Shown: positions 51,675 to 63,721 of the stretch, piece after piece | Layout: each line of letters opens with the position of its first letter | Numbering within the stretch: the first letter of the stretch is position 1 | Assembly: GCA_951406725.2 (NCBI GenBank) | Contig: OX597831.1 | Location: forward strand, 62,620,001-62,684,000 | Source: Octopus vulgaris | Taxonomy: Eukaryota | Length of the DNA stretch: 64,000 nt | Reading direction: 5' to 3' | Notes under the pieces: generated by a model | What the model was told of the DNA's origin: nothing | The model's input: the letters and a program-made list of their open reading frames with translations, nothing else | Databases searched by the model: none | Made by a program: the position numbers and the translations under genes

Positions 51675-52045
51675 ATATTTGGTGTTCACTTGCTTCAGCT
51701 TTATTTAATATTAATTGTATTTCGGCGAGAATCTTTCGCCACACACCTGTAACCTCATCAGTGGTCATTTGCTGTCTTCCTTCTTTTCAATACCAGAACG
51801 TTAAGAAGCAGAGACACAAAAAAGAAAGACGAAAGCAAAGGAACACTGATGAAGTCACAGAAGTGTGACCATAGAACTATGGCCGAAATAAAATTAATAT
51901 GAAATAGCGCTGACACAAATGAACACCAAACATACAGTACCTGTGGTTTATTGGTTAAATTGACAACATGACCATCCCCAAATACAACAATATCTGTTTC
52001 AACAAACCTGTTCACATGAAGAATCTTTCAGGACGAATACATAAA
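51675..52045. repeat. Diverged inverted repeat (~90-bp arms), each arm with CTGATGA...CCGAAA
   Basis: 51675-51764 vs 51843-51934. Confidence 0.75.
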
Positions 52046-52063
52046 CGTATATATATATATATA

Positions 52064-52195
52064 TATAATATCAATGTATAATACAGAATATATTATTATA
52101 AATAATATATATAATATATATAGTATATATATATATATATATACTATATATACTATATATATTATTTATAATAATATATTCTGTATTATACATTG

Positions 52196-52203
<8 letters not shown>
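52064..52203. repeat. AT-rich near-perfect palindrome embedded in (TA)n
   Basis: TATAATATCAATGTATAATACAGAATATATTATTATAAATAATATAT and its exact reverse complement around a TA-rich centre. Confidence 0.9.
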
Positions 52204-52264
<61 letters not shown>

Positions 52265-52322
52265 ATGAAATGAAGTATTGATTGTCTTCTTGAATAGATG
52301 AAATATTGAATATAAAATATCA

Positions 52323-52367
52323 AGGGACTAGTATACTTTCTTGCATTATAGCAGTCTTCAAGGCCCT
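52323..52367 (-). ncRNA. Decayed minimal type I hammerhead ribozyme in a short insert between (TA)n tracts
   Basis: Minus strand reads AGGGCC TTGAAGA CTGC tataat GCAA GAAA GTATAC TA GTCCCT. Palindromic helix III AGTATACT. C3>T in the core. Confidence 0.55.
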
Positions 52368-52383
52368 AGGTTGTGACAGGAGT

Positions 52384-52446
<63 letters not shown>

Positions 52447-52450
<4 letters not shown>

Positions 52451-52782
52451 AACTTATAAACAAGGGCAAAAGAAAACAAATCTAATGCCGAAATAGTCTT
52501 AATCGACAATAACCATATAATTTATCACTTACGAAAGCAACGGCTCCGATATTGTAATAACGGATTGTTTTAGAAATGTCTGTCTGTTTTTTCGAAATAC
52601 GTGCTTATGTTGATAAATTATATGGTTACTGACGAGTACGTCCATTTCGGCATATTTGGCATTAGAATTTTTTTTTCCTTTGCCTTTTTTTATAAGTTGT
52701 TTAAAAATTTAATCTTTAAAGGTATTTTTTTAATATGCTGGCCATTGATGAAATTTTCGAAAAAAAATTATCCTATATTAGA
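52447..52782. repeat. Foldback insert between (TA)n tracts (~85-bp imperfect arms + tail)
   Basis: 52447-52528 vs 52611-52702. Confidence 0.8.
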
Positions 52783-52970
52783 TATATATATATATGTATG
52801 TGTGTATGTATGTATGTATGTAAGTATTATGCGTGAAGTATTTGTTTACTACGCTTCAGTATGTTACTCACCCCTACATGCTCCAATTGTAAATATTATA
52901 TGTGATTACTGTTTTCATTGCTTCTTGCAGTACTTCGTGCTTTGAAAAAACTTTTCCATGATCACACTCT

Positions 52971-53001
<31 letters not shown>

Positions 53002-53013
53002 GCACGCACACAC

Positions 53014-53325
53014 ATAGATGCGTATGTAGATGCGTCTATTTCTGCAGGTGCCATATAATATATATATATATATATATATATTATACAGAGCGGAGTGAGG
53101 AAGATATGTTTTTTTCAACCATATTTAAGGATATGCATCGCGCCCTGTGTATGAGTGTATAAGTTTTTATTGCTCCTGTATAATGAAAAAAAATGATACC
53201 TTATATTAATACAGCACAACACAATGACTGGACATGCTTATTTTCGTTCAAGTTAAATTCATAATCCGTATAAAGTTGTATTATATGGCACCTGCAGAAA
53301 TATACGCATCTACATACGCATCTAT
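53014..53325. repeat. Inverted repeat, 47-bp arms with 1 mismatch
   Basis: 53014-53060 vs 53279-53325. Confidence 0.9.
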
Positions 53326-53865
53326 ATACGCAGTAATTTGTCCAGAACCTTGCGATATAACGTTCTTATAGCTACACATATCTTAAGAAGCTGCCGAATC
53401 CATAATTGATTCAGCAACCAATTACATATGCCTTTCAAATGCTACATATTTCATACCAGGAATAGAATGTGTATTCTTCAATGAATGATAGTCTCGACTC
53501 CTCCTCGTCTCTCTCAACGTGCACCTGCCGTATGACAATTACTAATAACGGTAGCATTAGTCGCCAACTCTCAGAAATTCAGTAATTGTATAGAATTATA
53601 TGTAAATACACAAACACACATGTGTACATATATGAATACGCTAAGGCACACGCACATTCACACACACACGCTCACACACACAAATATGCATATACATACG
53701 CACATACATACATAAGTACGTCCGTACTGTCTGTTTGGCGCATGGCCCTATTTCTGAAGCTATTCTGAACCTTTCCGTATAAACAGTCTGCGTGATCATG
53801 CTACATGTGAAAAACCAGAATAGATAAGATGTTAATCATAGACTTAATACTTCTTTTATTGATTA

Positions 53866-54154
53866 CTAGCAGTATCGCCCGGCGTTACTCGGATTTGTAA
53901 GGGAAATAACTATATAAGTTACTTCCCTTATATAATAGCAAAAAAAAAGTTATAAATTTGAAAAAATGATGGTAATTTTTTTTTTAAACCGTAGACTCAT
54001 CGTAGACGCGCGCTAATACTTAGAAGGGCTCGATATGATTCACGAATATAAGATACCCGCTTTTGGTTAAACTGCACCGCAAAATGTGGGAGTAGTTAGG
54101 AATCTAAATCGTAGGAGACAGACACGCACAAAACTTCACTTTTATATATAAAGA
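53866..54154 (-). mobile_element. Non-autonomous Helitron-type element (289 bp)
   Basis: Minus strand starts TC(TTTATATATAAAAG) and ends GCTAG. Subterminal imperfect hairpin CCGAGTAACGCCGGG ~10 nt before CTAG. Inserted between A and T, no TSD. Confidence 0.78.
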
Positions 54155-54229
54155 TTTCTTTTCTGTTTGCATTTCTAAATGTACACAATATAACATAACA
54201 CAATTATAAAATAATATCCTACAACTTAT

Positions 54230-54604
54230 ATATATATAAAATTAGAAAAAAACACCTTTTATCAATTGAAAATGAACAATTAAATTACACCATCTAGAAA
54301 ATTACATATAATAGAAAAGTTAAATATAGCCGCGTATCACGTGTCGTCTTTCTACCTATTATATACGTTTTTATTATTATTTTGGCAATTACTTAATCTT
54401 TACATCTTATTGTTTTTTTTAATTTTAGCTTTTCTATTATATGTAATTTTCTACATGGTGTAATTTAATTGTTCATTTTGAATTGATAAAAAGGTGGGTT
54501 TTTTTCTAATTTTTTATATATATATTATATTGTGTGAAATTTGATTTAGTATATCTAAATTGAATTTTTTTCCTCGTAAGTTTGGATTTTATTCCCTCAA
54601 ATAA
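54230..54604. repeat. Foldback insert (~95-bp arms + tail) ending in (TA)n; tail related to 27163-27255 (opposite orientation)
   Basis: 54230-54324 vs 54424-54524. GGGAATAAATCCAAACTTAC at 27170 matches the reverse complement of 54576-54596. Confidence 0.85.
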
Positions 54605-54624
54605 TATATATATATATACTAGAT

Positions 54625-54762
<138 letters not shown>

Positions 54763-54827
54763 TAAATTCTGCTTTTTCTTAATTCGGTGTGTAGTGAGGC
54801 AGAACGTTGCTGAACCCTAATTATTTA

Positions 54828-54869
<42 letters not shown>

Positions 54870-54902
54870 GCATACATACACATACACGCATACATACATA
54901 CA

Positions 54903-54936
<34 letters not shown>

Positions 54937-54979
54937 CATACAATACACGAAGAGACAAGTCGCGTATTTGGCTGGGAGA

Positions 54980-55700
54980 CCATTTACCGAAAATGCGATG
55001 AATACTATCTCCAACTTTGGAGCCACAACTATCATCCTTGTTAAATAACTGTCTAATCCTCACATAAATTGACTGAGAGACCCTTTTATTGATGATCGTA
55101 AGGATTTTCGGCTGAAGCTTGAATTTAGTATGCAGAGGATAATTATAAACAGCATGGCTGGAGACAGAATCAACAACAATCGAGGAACAGAACGAAAACA
55201 ATAACTCAAATGTTAAACAAATTCTTTTTAGCTGTAGGTATAGATGAAACCATAACTACAAAACTTATTTCTCTTGGAGTTATGAATTGAATAATGATCT
55301 ATTTCACAGCTACAAACTACAAAAAATTGAAACAAAACCCTGCTGTTCGCTAAATGAATTGATTGAAATCATTTTGCGACGACATGCACCTAGAATTATA
55401 TCATTTTACTGCGAAGCATCTACGCCAACAAGCAACATTTGTAGAACATAAGGAGAAGGTTAGTAACTGTAACTTTATTTTTAAAAATCGAAGAATTAAC
55501 CTTCTTCCCAACTCTACAAACAAACACGAAAATGTGAATGATATAAGAGCACCATCTGGTTTCGCAGCAAGTGACATTCCAACAGATTCCATAGTATCTG
55601 CCAGCCAAACTATATTACTGACTTAAGTGACTGAAAACTGTCCCCTTACAATGGCTATGGTAAATAGCAGGCACAACCGCAACGATTACTATTGCTGTAG
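54980..55700 (-). pseudogene. Decayed non-LTR LINE RT fragment
   Basis: AAKPDG (cf. KAAGPDG), RTAGF (cf. EQAGF), DSVSSHA, in RT order. Heavily mutated. Confidence 0.45.
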
Positions 55701-56487
55701 TAGTGGTAGTCAGGATTATATGGGTGAAATGTACTCTTACAGAAATTTTCCGAGTAGAAATATATTTAACTTTAAAGTACTCCCTCGAGGAGAGAGAGTA
55801 TTCCCTACCAAAGTAAGTAAAAAACCACCAGATACGGTATTAAAAACTGTAAACGTAATTGTCTTTATGCTCCGGCTACTAATGTAAAACAGTATATGAA
55901 GTAACAAGTAAGAAAGAAAGTACCTTTATGGGTTTTGAAGAAAGAGAAGACGATAACTGGTTTACGGAAGACTGAACGCGACTGAATACATTTGCCTTAG
56001 CGAAGGCTGAGATCATAATTAAAATTATAATTTTACCACATCAGAATTTTTACCAAAACGTACCTATGTTGTTTTCGGTTTTCATTACGCAGTTTTCCTT
56101 TTTCTCTTTACCTATTTCTCTTTTCTGTGTTCGTATGTTGCAAGCTGCCTATGACATATTATACATTAGGAGATAATCCACAATACCCTTGTAAGATTAA
56201 TTTTCTTTCTCTTACTATACATTTTATTTGTCAAGTTATTCCTTCCGTTCTTACCTCGAAACTGTATTATTACACATAAATTTCACACAGAGACATGCAC
56301 ACGCATTCGCACACAGTATTATGATCCTGTGTATATGTATGCTCTATAACTCACTTCGTGAATCTCAGTTTGTGTGTGTATGTGATATAACTATAAACAC
56401 ACGGACACACATATACTCCTATGTATGTATTTATATATCATGTGCAGTTCAGTTTCCATGTAAGTATATTTTTTTCCATGTAAAAAT

Positions 56488-57301
56488 TATGAGGAATGAT
56501 CGATAATTATCTGGACTGTTGCCATCATAACGAAGCTAAAGCACGCAGAGTGATACTACTTGGCACAGATTGTTCCTGAGGGCTGCTCTGCATGTGCCTT
56601 ACGTTTTAATGTTGCATGTCAATTCTTCTGTTTACAGCGGTGCTTGGAAGGAAGGTGCATATTATGTGACCGTGGCATTGACAATGACAGAGAAAGTTGT
56701 CATGGCGATAGCTGCTCAGATGCCTACGCAAATTTGCAGAAAGTGTATGGAGAGGAGTGTATGAGCCGCATACAAGTGTACGACTGCTTCAGACGTTTCC
56801 AAGATGGCGGGAAAATGCCGGTACTGGAGAACGTTCTGGAAGACCGGCAACGAGACGAACTGAGAAAAATACGGCAGATGTGCGTGCAGCTGTGAGGTGA
56901 AAATCGTCGAATCACAATCCGTGATGTCTCAGGGTATGTGCACATTAGTTACGGGTCAATTCAGTTCATTATCACTGAAGATTTGGATATGAGACGCGTG
57001 TCTGTCAAGTTTGTGACAAAACTGCTTTCAGTTGACCAAACTAACACTCGAGTTTCAGTGGCACAAGATCTCCTTGATTGAGTCGAGAACGATGCTGATT
57101 CACTGCTATTTTCAATTTGAAGATCACACGCTACACACCTTACTTCTAAACACTGCTGTTAACAGCAGAATTGAGTTAGCACTTAAACCTTAGTTCACAG
57201 GAGAGTTCAAGGTCAATCCGTGCCAAGCGGCTTTACTCTGCATGTTTAAGCTTCGTTATTATAACAACAGTCCGGATACTTATTGATCAGAACATTATGT
57301 A
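56488..57301 (+). mobile_element. Internally deleted mariner element with long imperfect terminal inverted repeats
   Basis: N-terminal HTH (AYANLQKVYGEECMSRIQVYDCFRRFQDG; NRRITIRDV; LDMRRVSVKFVTKLLS). ~85-bp inverted arms at 56497-56580 and 57206-57290. No DDD domain. Confidence 0.85.
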
Positions 57302-59244
57302 GTATATTTTAACAGTATACTGTTAACAAAAATTGTCCTTTCCCTATTGGTTACAATCTATTTCAGTTCGACTTGATCTTAATCGAAGAGATAGAATCTT
57401 TCCATTTTGCACTCACACACACGCACAGAGACACACATGCACACACATTGTGTAATATCGAAACGATAACTTGTGTGTGCCTGTTTTAACTATACTAATT
57501 ACTCAAATGAGTAATCGTATTGCGCTTAATCGAAGCTGAATGTGTCATTGCATACACCTGTAGAGTTTACATTCCTACACAGTAGGAAAATAGCGCTTCA
57601 CTACAAATGAATCTGAGTTTATTTGGGAAATGCATGAATTACAGCGCAAAGCAAATTCCACACAGCAATCTTTTTCAACAGTTTCTAATGAATATTCGTA
57701 ACAGAACAGATACTATTTAGGTCAATCCCTCATTTTCTGATTACGAAAGATTCAAAAAACGTTTCATTGTATTCACCTAGAGTATCCCTTTAAATATGCA
57801 GCGTCAATCTAAATTTCTACAAGATCACATTTAATTTATAGCACATATTACAATTACTGACAACGTATTTACGAAATCTTTGCGATTGCTGCAAATACTT
57901 TAATACAAATCGAGGAACAGTTTTTATTTTATAACAAATCCTAAATTTTTTTTTCAAGTTATTTTCTAGCGTCAATTTTATTACTAATTTTCGAAATTCA
58001 TTATTTTGCAAAATACTGTGGGCTTATCAACACACATGAGAAGTGGAATAGCATCTGATTACATGTAGATTTGATTTGTAAACTTAAAGTTACGAAACTA
58101 AATGCAATTTTCCCTATCTCAATTCGACAATTTACAATTGCTATTTTTCTCCATATTAAACTGAATATATCGAAACTATGAAATTAGGAACTGATTAGGG
58201 CCATTGATACATTGATTCTTTTGTTGTTTCCACAATGCTTTCTCCATTTCGGTCCTTGGATATTTTGCCGACATACTATTATGCATGTCGGGCGTTTCAC
58301 TGTTGACCAACAACCCCCTCTGCCGTCGCGAACAAATACTCGTATTAATACACTTTATAATGAAGAAAAATAGTATCTACGTCTTTCCTCGGAAATATTA
58401 CATTCGATGTTATAGTATCGTAGAGGAACTATGTCTCAAACGTATGAAAGATAATCAAAGTTAGAATGTCTTTGATCATATGTCATTTTATCAGTGATGA
58501 CTTAAGGGTAAAAAGCAACAATTATTTCGTCGCCATAAATACACTATTATTTGAATGTATAGCAGGAATTTTTAACTAACATTAAGTTTTCTTCGATATA
58601 AATTATTATTCCGCAGACCACATGTATAGATTTTTAATGATATTTTCTGAAGGCTACATAATATTAGTTTATTCTTTAATGCTGTTATAGATATAAATCT
58701 CATAGTAAGTATCCCTGCCATTAAGGTATATATTTACCATACAGTAGATATTACACAGTAATGTATAGCCAATCAGCATGATTCGATGACCTAGATTTCA
58801 TTCCCTTTTATTGAAATGTTCTTGAAAAACGAAATACCTTAAGCAACAGCCACACATCATTTTCGTTTTATACAGTACACGATTTAAAAGTACATCGTAT
58901 GTTGCGTGAATTCCTACATTCATATATATGGGTACAGAATCGCAGTGATCAATATTTAAATTTCATCTATTAAGGACCGTAACAAAGGTTACACAAAAAC
59001 TGGTATCGGTTTTACTGATTCCTCTCAATACATAAAACGTTGTGATATGACAAACTCAGAAATTATTAAAATATGTATTAAATGTCAAAAAGAATTTTCA
59101 AAAATCTACGAACTGGATATTATCATTCGATTCGATTGTAAAATATCTTCATAACATTTAATCCAAATATTTTCTAACGAAACATGTCGGAAGAAAACAA
59201 CAGCTGTAGAGACCGATATCAAATTTTGAAATTCAGGAAGCAAT

Positions 59245-60075
59245 TGCTAATTGCACGAGGGGTAAATCGGCTGCTTTGGATGGTCTGCCCTACGAGTTTT
59301 ACGCTTACATGCCAGACTTGTTCGGTGACCTCTTAGCAAACGTTTACTGCAACTGGCAACATAATGGGACGAATCCTAGTTTTATGAGCCGGGGAGCGGT
59401 GGCCTTACTGAGAAAAGAACCGCATAAGGGGGATTGTTTTGACAACTTTACCCCCATAACACTGCTGACTGCAGAGGTCAAAATTTTGGCCAAGTATTAG
59501 CTACATGGTTGATGCTTGTCGGGGATATGGTAGGGGAGGCACAGATATGTGCCATCCCGAAGAGATCCATCCACGACAACCTCCATGTCATGCGATACAT
59601 CATTGTAAAGGTGGGTAGAAAATCTGGCACGGGTGAGACGGATTAATTCAGATCAGTCTAAAGCTTTTGATAGGGTCGACCATTTCGATAAGGTCGACCA
59701 TTAACCGGGATGGAAAGACTGTTTTTATATGCCTGGTGGCCATGGCGAAAGAAGTTGTGTAGTGGACTGAAGACAAACACTTTTCTTTTTGGCCAATCCC
59801 TATTGAAATTCTTCGAGTTTCACTTGAAAAGGATAATAAGAGTAGAGAGGGAAGTATTGTCCTTTAGTCAGTTTGCCGAAAGGTGGATGAAAGTTGCGAG
59901 GATGGTACGAGTGAACGGTCTTGCCCCGAGTATATGCCTGGAGTTGTAAAGAGAAAAGGAAACGAAAAGAGTAACGCGTCCCAAATGTCAGGGTACCTAT
60001 GGTTTTTACTGGGTTTTTCCATGAGCAGCCCTATTGAGGTTTTGTGGGTCTTTTTAAAAAAATTTATTGTCTTGT
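59245..60075 (+). mobile_element. Tx1/L1-clade LINE remnant with large internal deletion
   Basis: GKSAALDGLPYEFY..., FTPITLLTAEVKILAK, RSIHDNL, DQSKAFDRVDH, joined directly to C-terminal FFEFHLKRIIRVEREVLS...ERW. Confidence 0.82.
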
Positions 60076-60196
60076 TTACATGCAAAACCCTTACAAATTC
60101 ACACACTCAAACACATACTTACGCACACATTATTTTTGTTTTGTCCTGTACAGTCCATAATGTTTTTCTTCATGTAAAACCTCGTAATGAGATCCT

Positions 60197-60242
60197 TATT
60201 ACTATTATTATTATTATTATTGCTATTATTATTATTATAATT

Positions 60243-60307
<65 letters not shown>

Positions 60308-60342
60308 CGTTATCGTTATCATTATTATTATTATTATTATGA

Positions 60343-60373
<31 letters not shown>

Positions 60374-60404
60374 TATTATTATTAGGAGTAGTAGTAGTAG
60401 TAGT
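60197..60404. repeat. (ATT)n/(AGT)n microsatellite
   Basis: Directly visible. Confidence 0.97.
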
Positions 60405-60900
60405 AAACATTATCATTGTCAATGACTTCGGTTAAGCCACTGTCGAAGCCTTAACTAACCGGAACTTCGAAGACACTGAAGTAATGAATAATAAATTTGT
60501 TCTCTACAGAAAGTATAGAGTAACCTATCAGAACAATGGAAAACTGGTTTTATAATAACCGAACATAAAAACAAATATCAACACACGCATGTACATATAC
60601 ACATATATATATATATAAGTACATACAAAACACACGCACACATACATACATATATATATATACATATATGTGTGTGTATATATATATATATATTGTGAAA
60701 TAGAAAGATGAATAATCTTGTTGCAGATTAATCAAAAGTTTAACCGATACCTTGGTAGCAAAAATCACAGCAGAAGACAGCACGGTTGGAGGTACAACCA
60801 TATGGTGTTGCAACCGTGCGTTGGTGCGGATAATTGAATTTTAATATTATTAGTGAATTGAAGAAATGGAGTTGAACGAAGATTGAACAGAAATCGTTTT

Positions 60901-60991
60901 ATTTCATTCTACATGTGTTTCGAAAGGCACAATTTACCAAATTCCGATTGAATAATGAGACCATATTGTGTCTTTCTCTTCAGGAAGAAAT
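60901..60991 (-). ncRNA. Hammerhead ribozyme in 3' pseudo-LTR of second PLE copy (helix III palindrome mutated ACGT>ACAT)
   Basis: Reverse complement of 62934-63024 except for the CpG-type change in helix III. Confidence 0.72.
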
Positions 60992-61660
60992 AGGAAATCC
61001 GTTGGAAAAAACAAAAACAGAACAGAGGCGGAGCAAAACAAATCGAACGAGGCTCCTAAGAGCCCATGGCCAAACTGTTTATCAATGTATGTTGAAAACG
61101 GGTGGTGGGTGCGTTGATGATTTTAACGGGTCAGGCAGCGGTCATTCCGGTGGGTGAGGGCACGGGGTGCGTAGATGTTCTTTGTGACCGAGAGTAAAGT
61201 TCTGACTATTTAAAGAATATTAGGTGTATTATATGGGGCGAGACAAAATCTACTTAGAGACATGTGTGTGTGTACTGTTCTATATATGTGCGGGCGCAAG
61301 TTGGTAAGAAGCGCTACATTCTGGTCACTGCTGAGAAATCCGTCAAGGGGTAGAAAATATTTTATGTGTACGTGTGTGCGTTTGATCGCGCGGCCGTCAG
61401 TTGGTGAACAGCTCTACACAATGGTCACTGCTGTAAAATCCGTCGGGCGGCAGAAAAATATTTTATGTGTGCGTGTGTTCGTCTAATCATGCCTTGTCAA
61501 AGAAACCCCCGTCGTCAAAAACAAAACACCATTCATCTCCCAGGAGTAATTCCCCTTGCAATGGTTAATCATATTTCTCTTAAAAGCTTTTTCAGAATTT
61601 ATTACCAAGGGCTATTTTCATATAAGTAGTGTAACCGGGTGCAGGTATTATTTATAAGCG

Positions 61661-62884
61661 TTATTTATAAGCAAGATAAGTATAACGCCGCCAATGGGGG
61701 CATCGAAAAGCCGACTGTAAAAGTCCGTTTACCATCCGGTCTCTGGCGAACAATATATGGAAGAGTTCGGAGACACAAAGGTTGCACTTCCTTCTGCCCC
61801 TGTCAAATGGGAGGGCCACCGACAAAATCGACCATTCCAGCCTGTAGCTTGAGTTCGTATTCTTCAATCGCCATATTAGCTTGCTAAGTTCCGTGGTCTG
61901 GCGTTTATTCACGTCTCGAAAAGTTGCGTAATGGTTGGAGATTCGTAAGGCCAATCTTGACGATGAGGCCCCGACATAAGCGTAGACATCTGAGTCCGTG
62001 TAAACCTTGCATTGGTAGACGGCGTTTCTGATCTTGGAGTTCACCGACGTGAACCTTATTCTGTTAGGATTAGTTTCTGAAATTAAAACTGCGTTACTGT
62101 CACTATATTTGTTGCGAGAACTGCAGCCGCTTACTACTTTATTTTCCACTACGTCACTATTAACTAACGGAATAACCCCTGATTCTGCACTATCTATCAG
62201 AGTGCTGTCACTGCTAGTGCCCGTGGTGCTGCTATTGCCGGAAACGATGCTGGAGTTGCTATTGGGACTCTCTACCCTAACGAGCCGAGCTGCGCTCACC
62301 TCACTACTGCCATTGTTACCGTCAATTACAGCACACCTATTTATAACTATACCCCTAGTATATAATCCCTGGTTGGAGCTGAGATTATGAGTCACTGTAC
62401 TGGCTCTCATATCATTATTACTACTATTATTATTCCTACTGAGCATTAAACCGGGAGCGGAAGAAGCTGTGCCTCCGGGAAAAGGTGATAGGGTCTTAGT
62501 AAGCAGCCTATTATTATGGGAGGCGATTATCTGGGCGAAGTTTTTAGTGTTGGAGAAAGCTATCCTAACTTTATGCGAGTTAACCGTGGAGTAATATTTG
62601 GAATTTCTGGGGAAGTTATTGGCGATGGCTTGTCGAAACATGAGGGGGAGGTTAGTTCTAATCTGCTTACAAAAGGGAATTACAAACCATATATGCTTAT
62701 TCCTATTTATGTGATGGGTCGGGACGCCAGCTCTCGCATTCGGGTGGGTGATTCTCGGATGAATAACGGGTTTTGGGTTAGTGTGAGATCCCCCGGACCG
62801 ATAATTATCCTTGTGCGCTAAATTAAATGCGGGAGCGACTGCCCCAGCACCCACCGCGCTCCCGTCACTACTTAAATTGTTGAT
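61661..62884 (-). CDS. C-terminal part of PLE protein (linker + GIY-YIG endonuclease); RT core missing
   Basis: Open frame [11 protein letters not shown]...HIWFVIPF...[35 protein letters not shown], highly similar to the 3736-5748 product. The upstream part of the 626-aa track ORF is read-through of the inverted arm and (TA)n. Confidence 0.85.
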   Translation of the reverse strand: MNNLSSDGSAVGAGAVAPAFNLAHKDNYRSGGSHTNPKPVIHPRITHPNARAGVPTHHINRNKHIWFVIPFCKQIRTNLPLMFRQAIANNFPRNSKYYSTVNSHKVRIAFSNTKNFAQIIASHNNRLLTKTLSPFPGGTASSAPGLMLSRNNNSSNNDMRASTVTHNLSSNQGLYTRGIVINRCAVIDGNNGSSEVSAARLVRVESPNSNSSIVSGNSSTTGTSSDSTLIDSAESGVIPLVNSDVVENKVVSGCSSRNKYSDSNAVLISETNPNRIRFTSVNSKIRNAVYQCKVYTDSDVYAYVGASSSRLALRISNHYATFRDVNKRQTTELSKLIWRLKNTNSSYRLEWSILSVALPFDRGRRKCNLCVSELFHILFARDRMVNGLLQSAFRCPHWRRYTYLAYK

Positions 62885-62933
62885 GGTTTTGCTCCGCCTC
62901 TGTTCTGTTTTTGTTTTTTCCAACGGATTTCCT

Positions 62934-63024
62934 ATTTCTTCCTGAAGAGAAAGACACAATATGGTCTCATTATTCAATCGGAATTTGGTAAATTGTGCCT
63001 TTCGAAACACGTGTAGAATGAAAT
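62934..63024 (+). ncRNA. Type I hammerhead ribozyme in inverted arm of second PLE copy
   Basis: CTGAAGA 62942-62948, helix II GAAAGACACAAT/ATTGTGCCTTTC, GAAAC-ACGT-GTA, helix I ATTTCTTC/GAATGAAAT. Confidence 0.83.
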
Positions 63025-63068
63025 AAAACGATTTCTGTTCAATCTTCGTTGAACTCCATTTCTTCAAT

Positions 63069-63113
<45 letters not shown>

Positions 63114-63114
63114 C

Positions 63115-63156
<42 letters not shown>

Positions 63157-63248
63157 TATGTAAATATATATATACATATATACGTATATATATATATATA
63201 TATATACACATAGATATATATGTATATATATACATACATATATATGTG

Positions 63249-63324
<76 letters not shown>

Positions 63325-63686
63325 ATATATATATATATATGCATGTACATATATAAATCCTTGGTAGTGTACAGAAGTAAGAATAATATATTGTTAATAG
63401 TAAAATTGTTAGGAAAAGGAAGGAAGAGATCATATGTGTGTTTCTTTTCTGTTTTATACATATACTGATTAAGAAAGTTGTTTTTTTTTTATTTTTCAAT
63501 AAAATGAAAAGATACGCAATGAAAGAAAATAAAAAAAACATACTTACGTTAGAGCATTTAAGAAATGTTTTTCTGTTGCTTGTGGATGCTTTTACTTTCT
63601 GTACTAATATATATCACCAATTAAGGAACAATACCATTATCCCATCTAATCTAAGTATGATTACGTATATACGTGTGTGTGCATGA

Positions 63687-63721
<35 letters not shown>

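Larger units (their letters stand above)
60694..63074 (-). mobile_element. Second copy (sister subfamily) of the same Penelope-like element, more severely 5'-truncated, with inverted 5' arm, in (TA)n
   Basis: Homologous to ~4550-6641 along its length, with the same 3' terminus (..TCTATTTCACA). 62886-63074 is the reverse complement of 60851-61039 with at least 2 substitutions. (TA)n on both flanks. Confidence 0.92.

Noticed and set aside
62885-63541. N-terminal 218 aa of the 626-aa minus-strand ORF (hydrophobic start + YI repeats fused to GIY-YIG)
   Set aside because: Read-through of flank, (TA)n and the inverted pLTR arm. No evidence for a real fusion protein.
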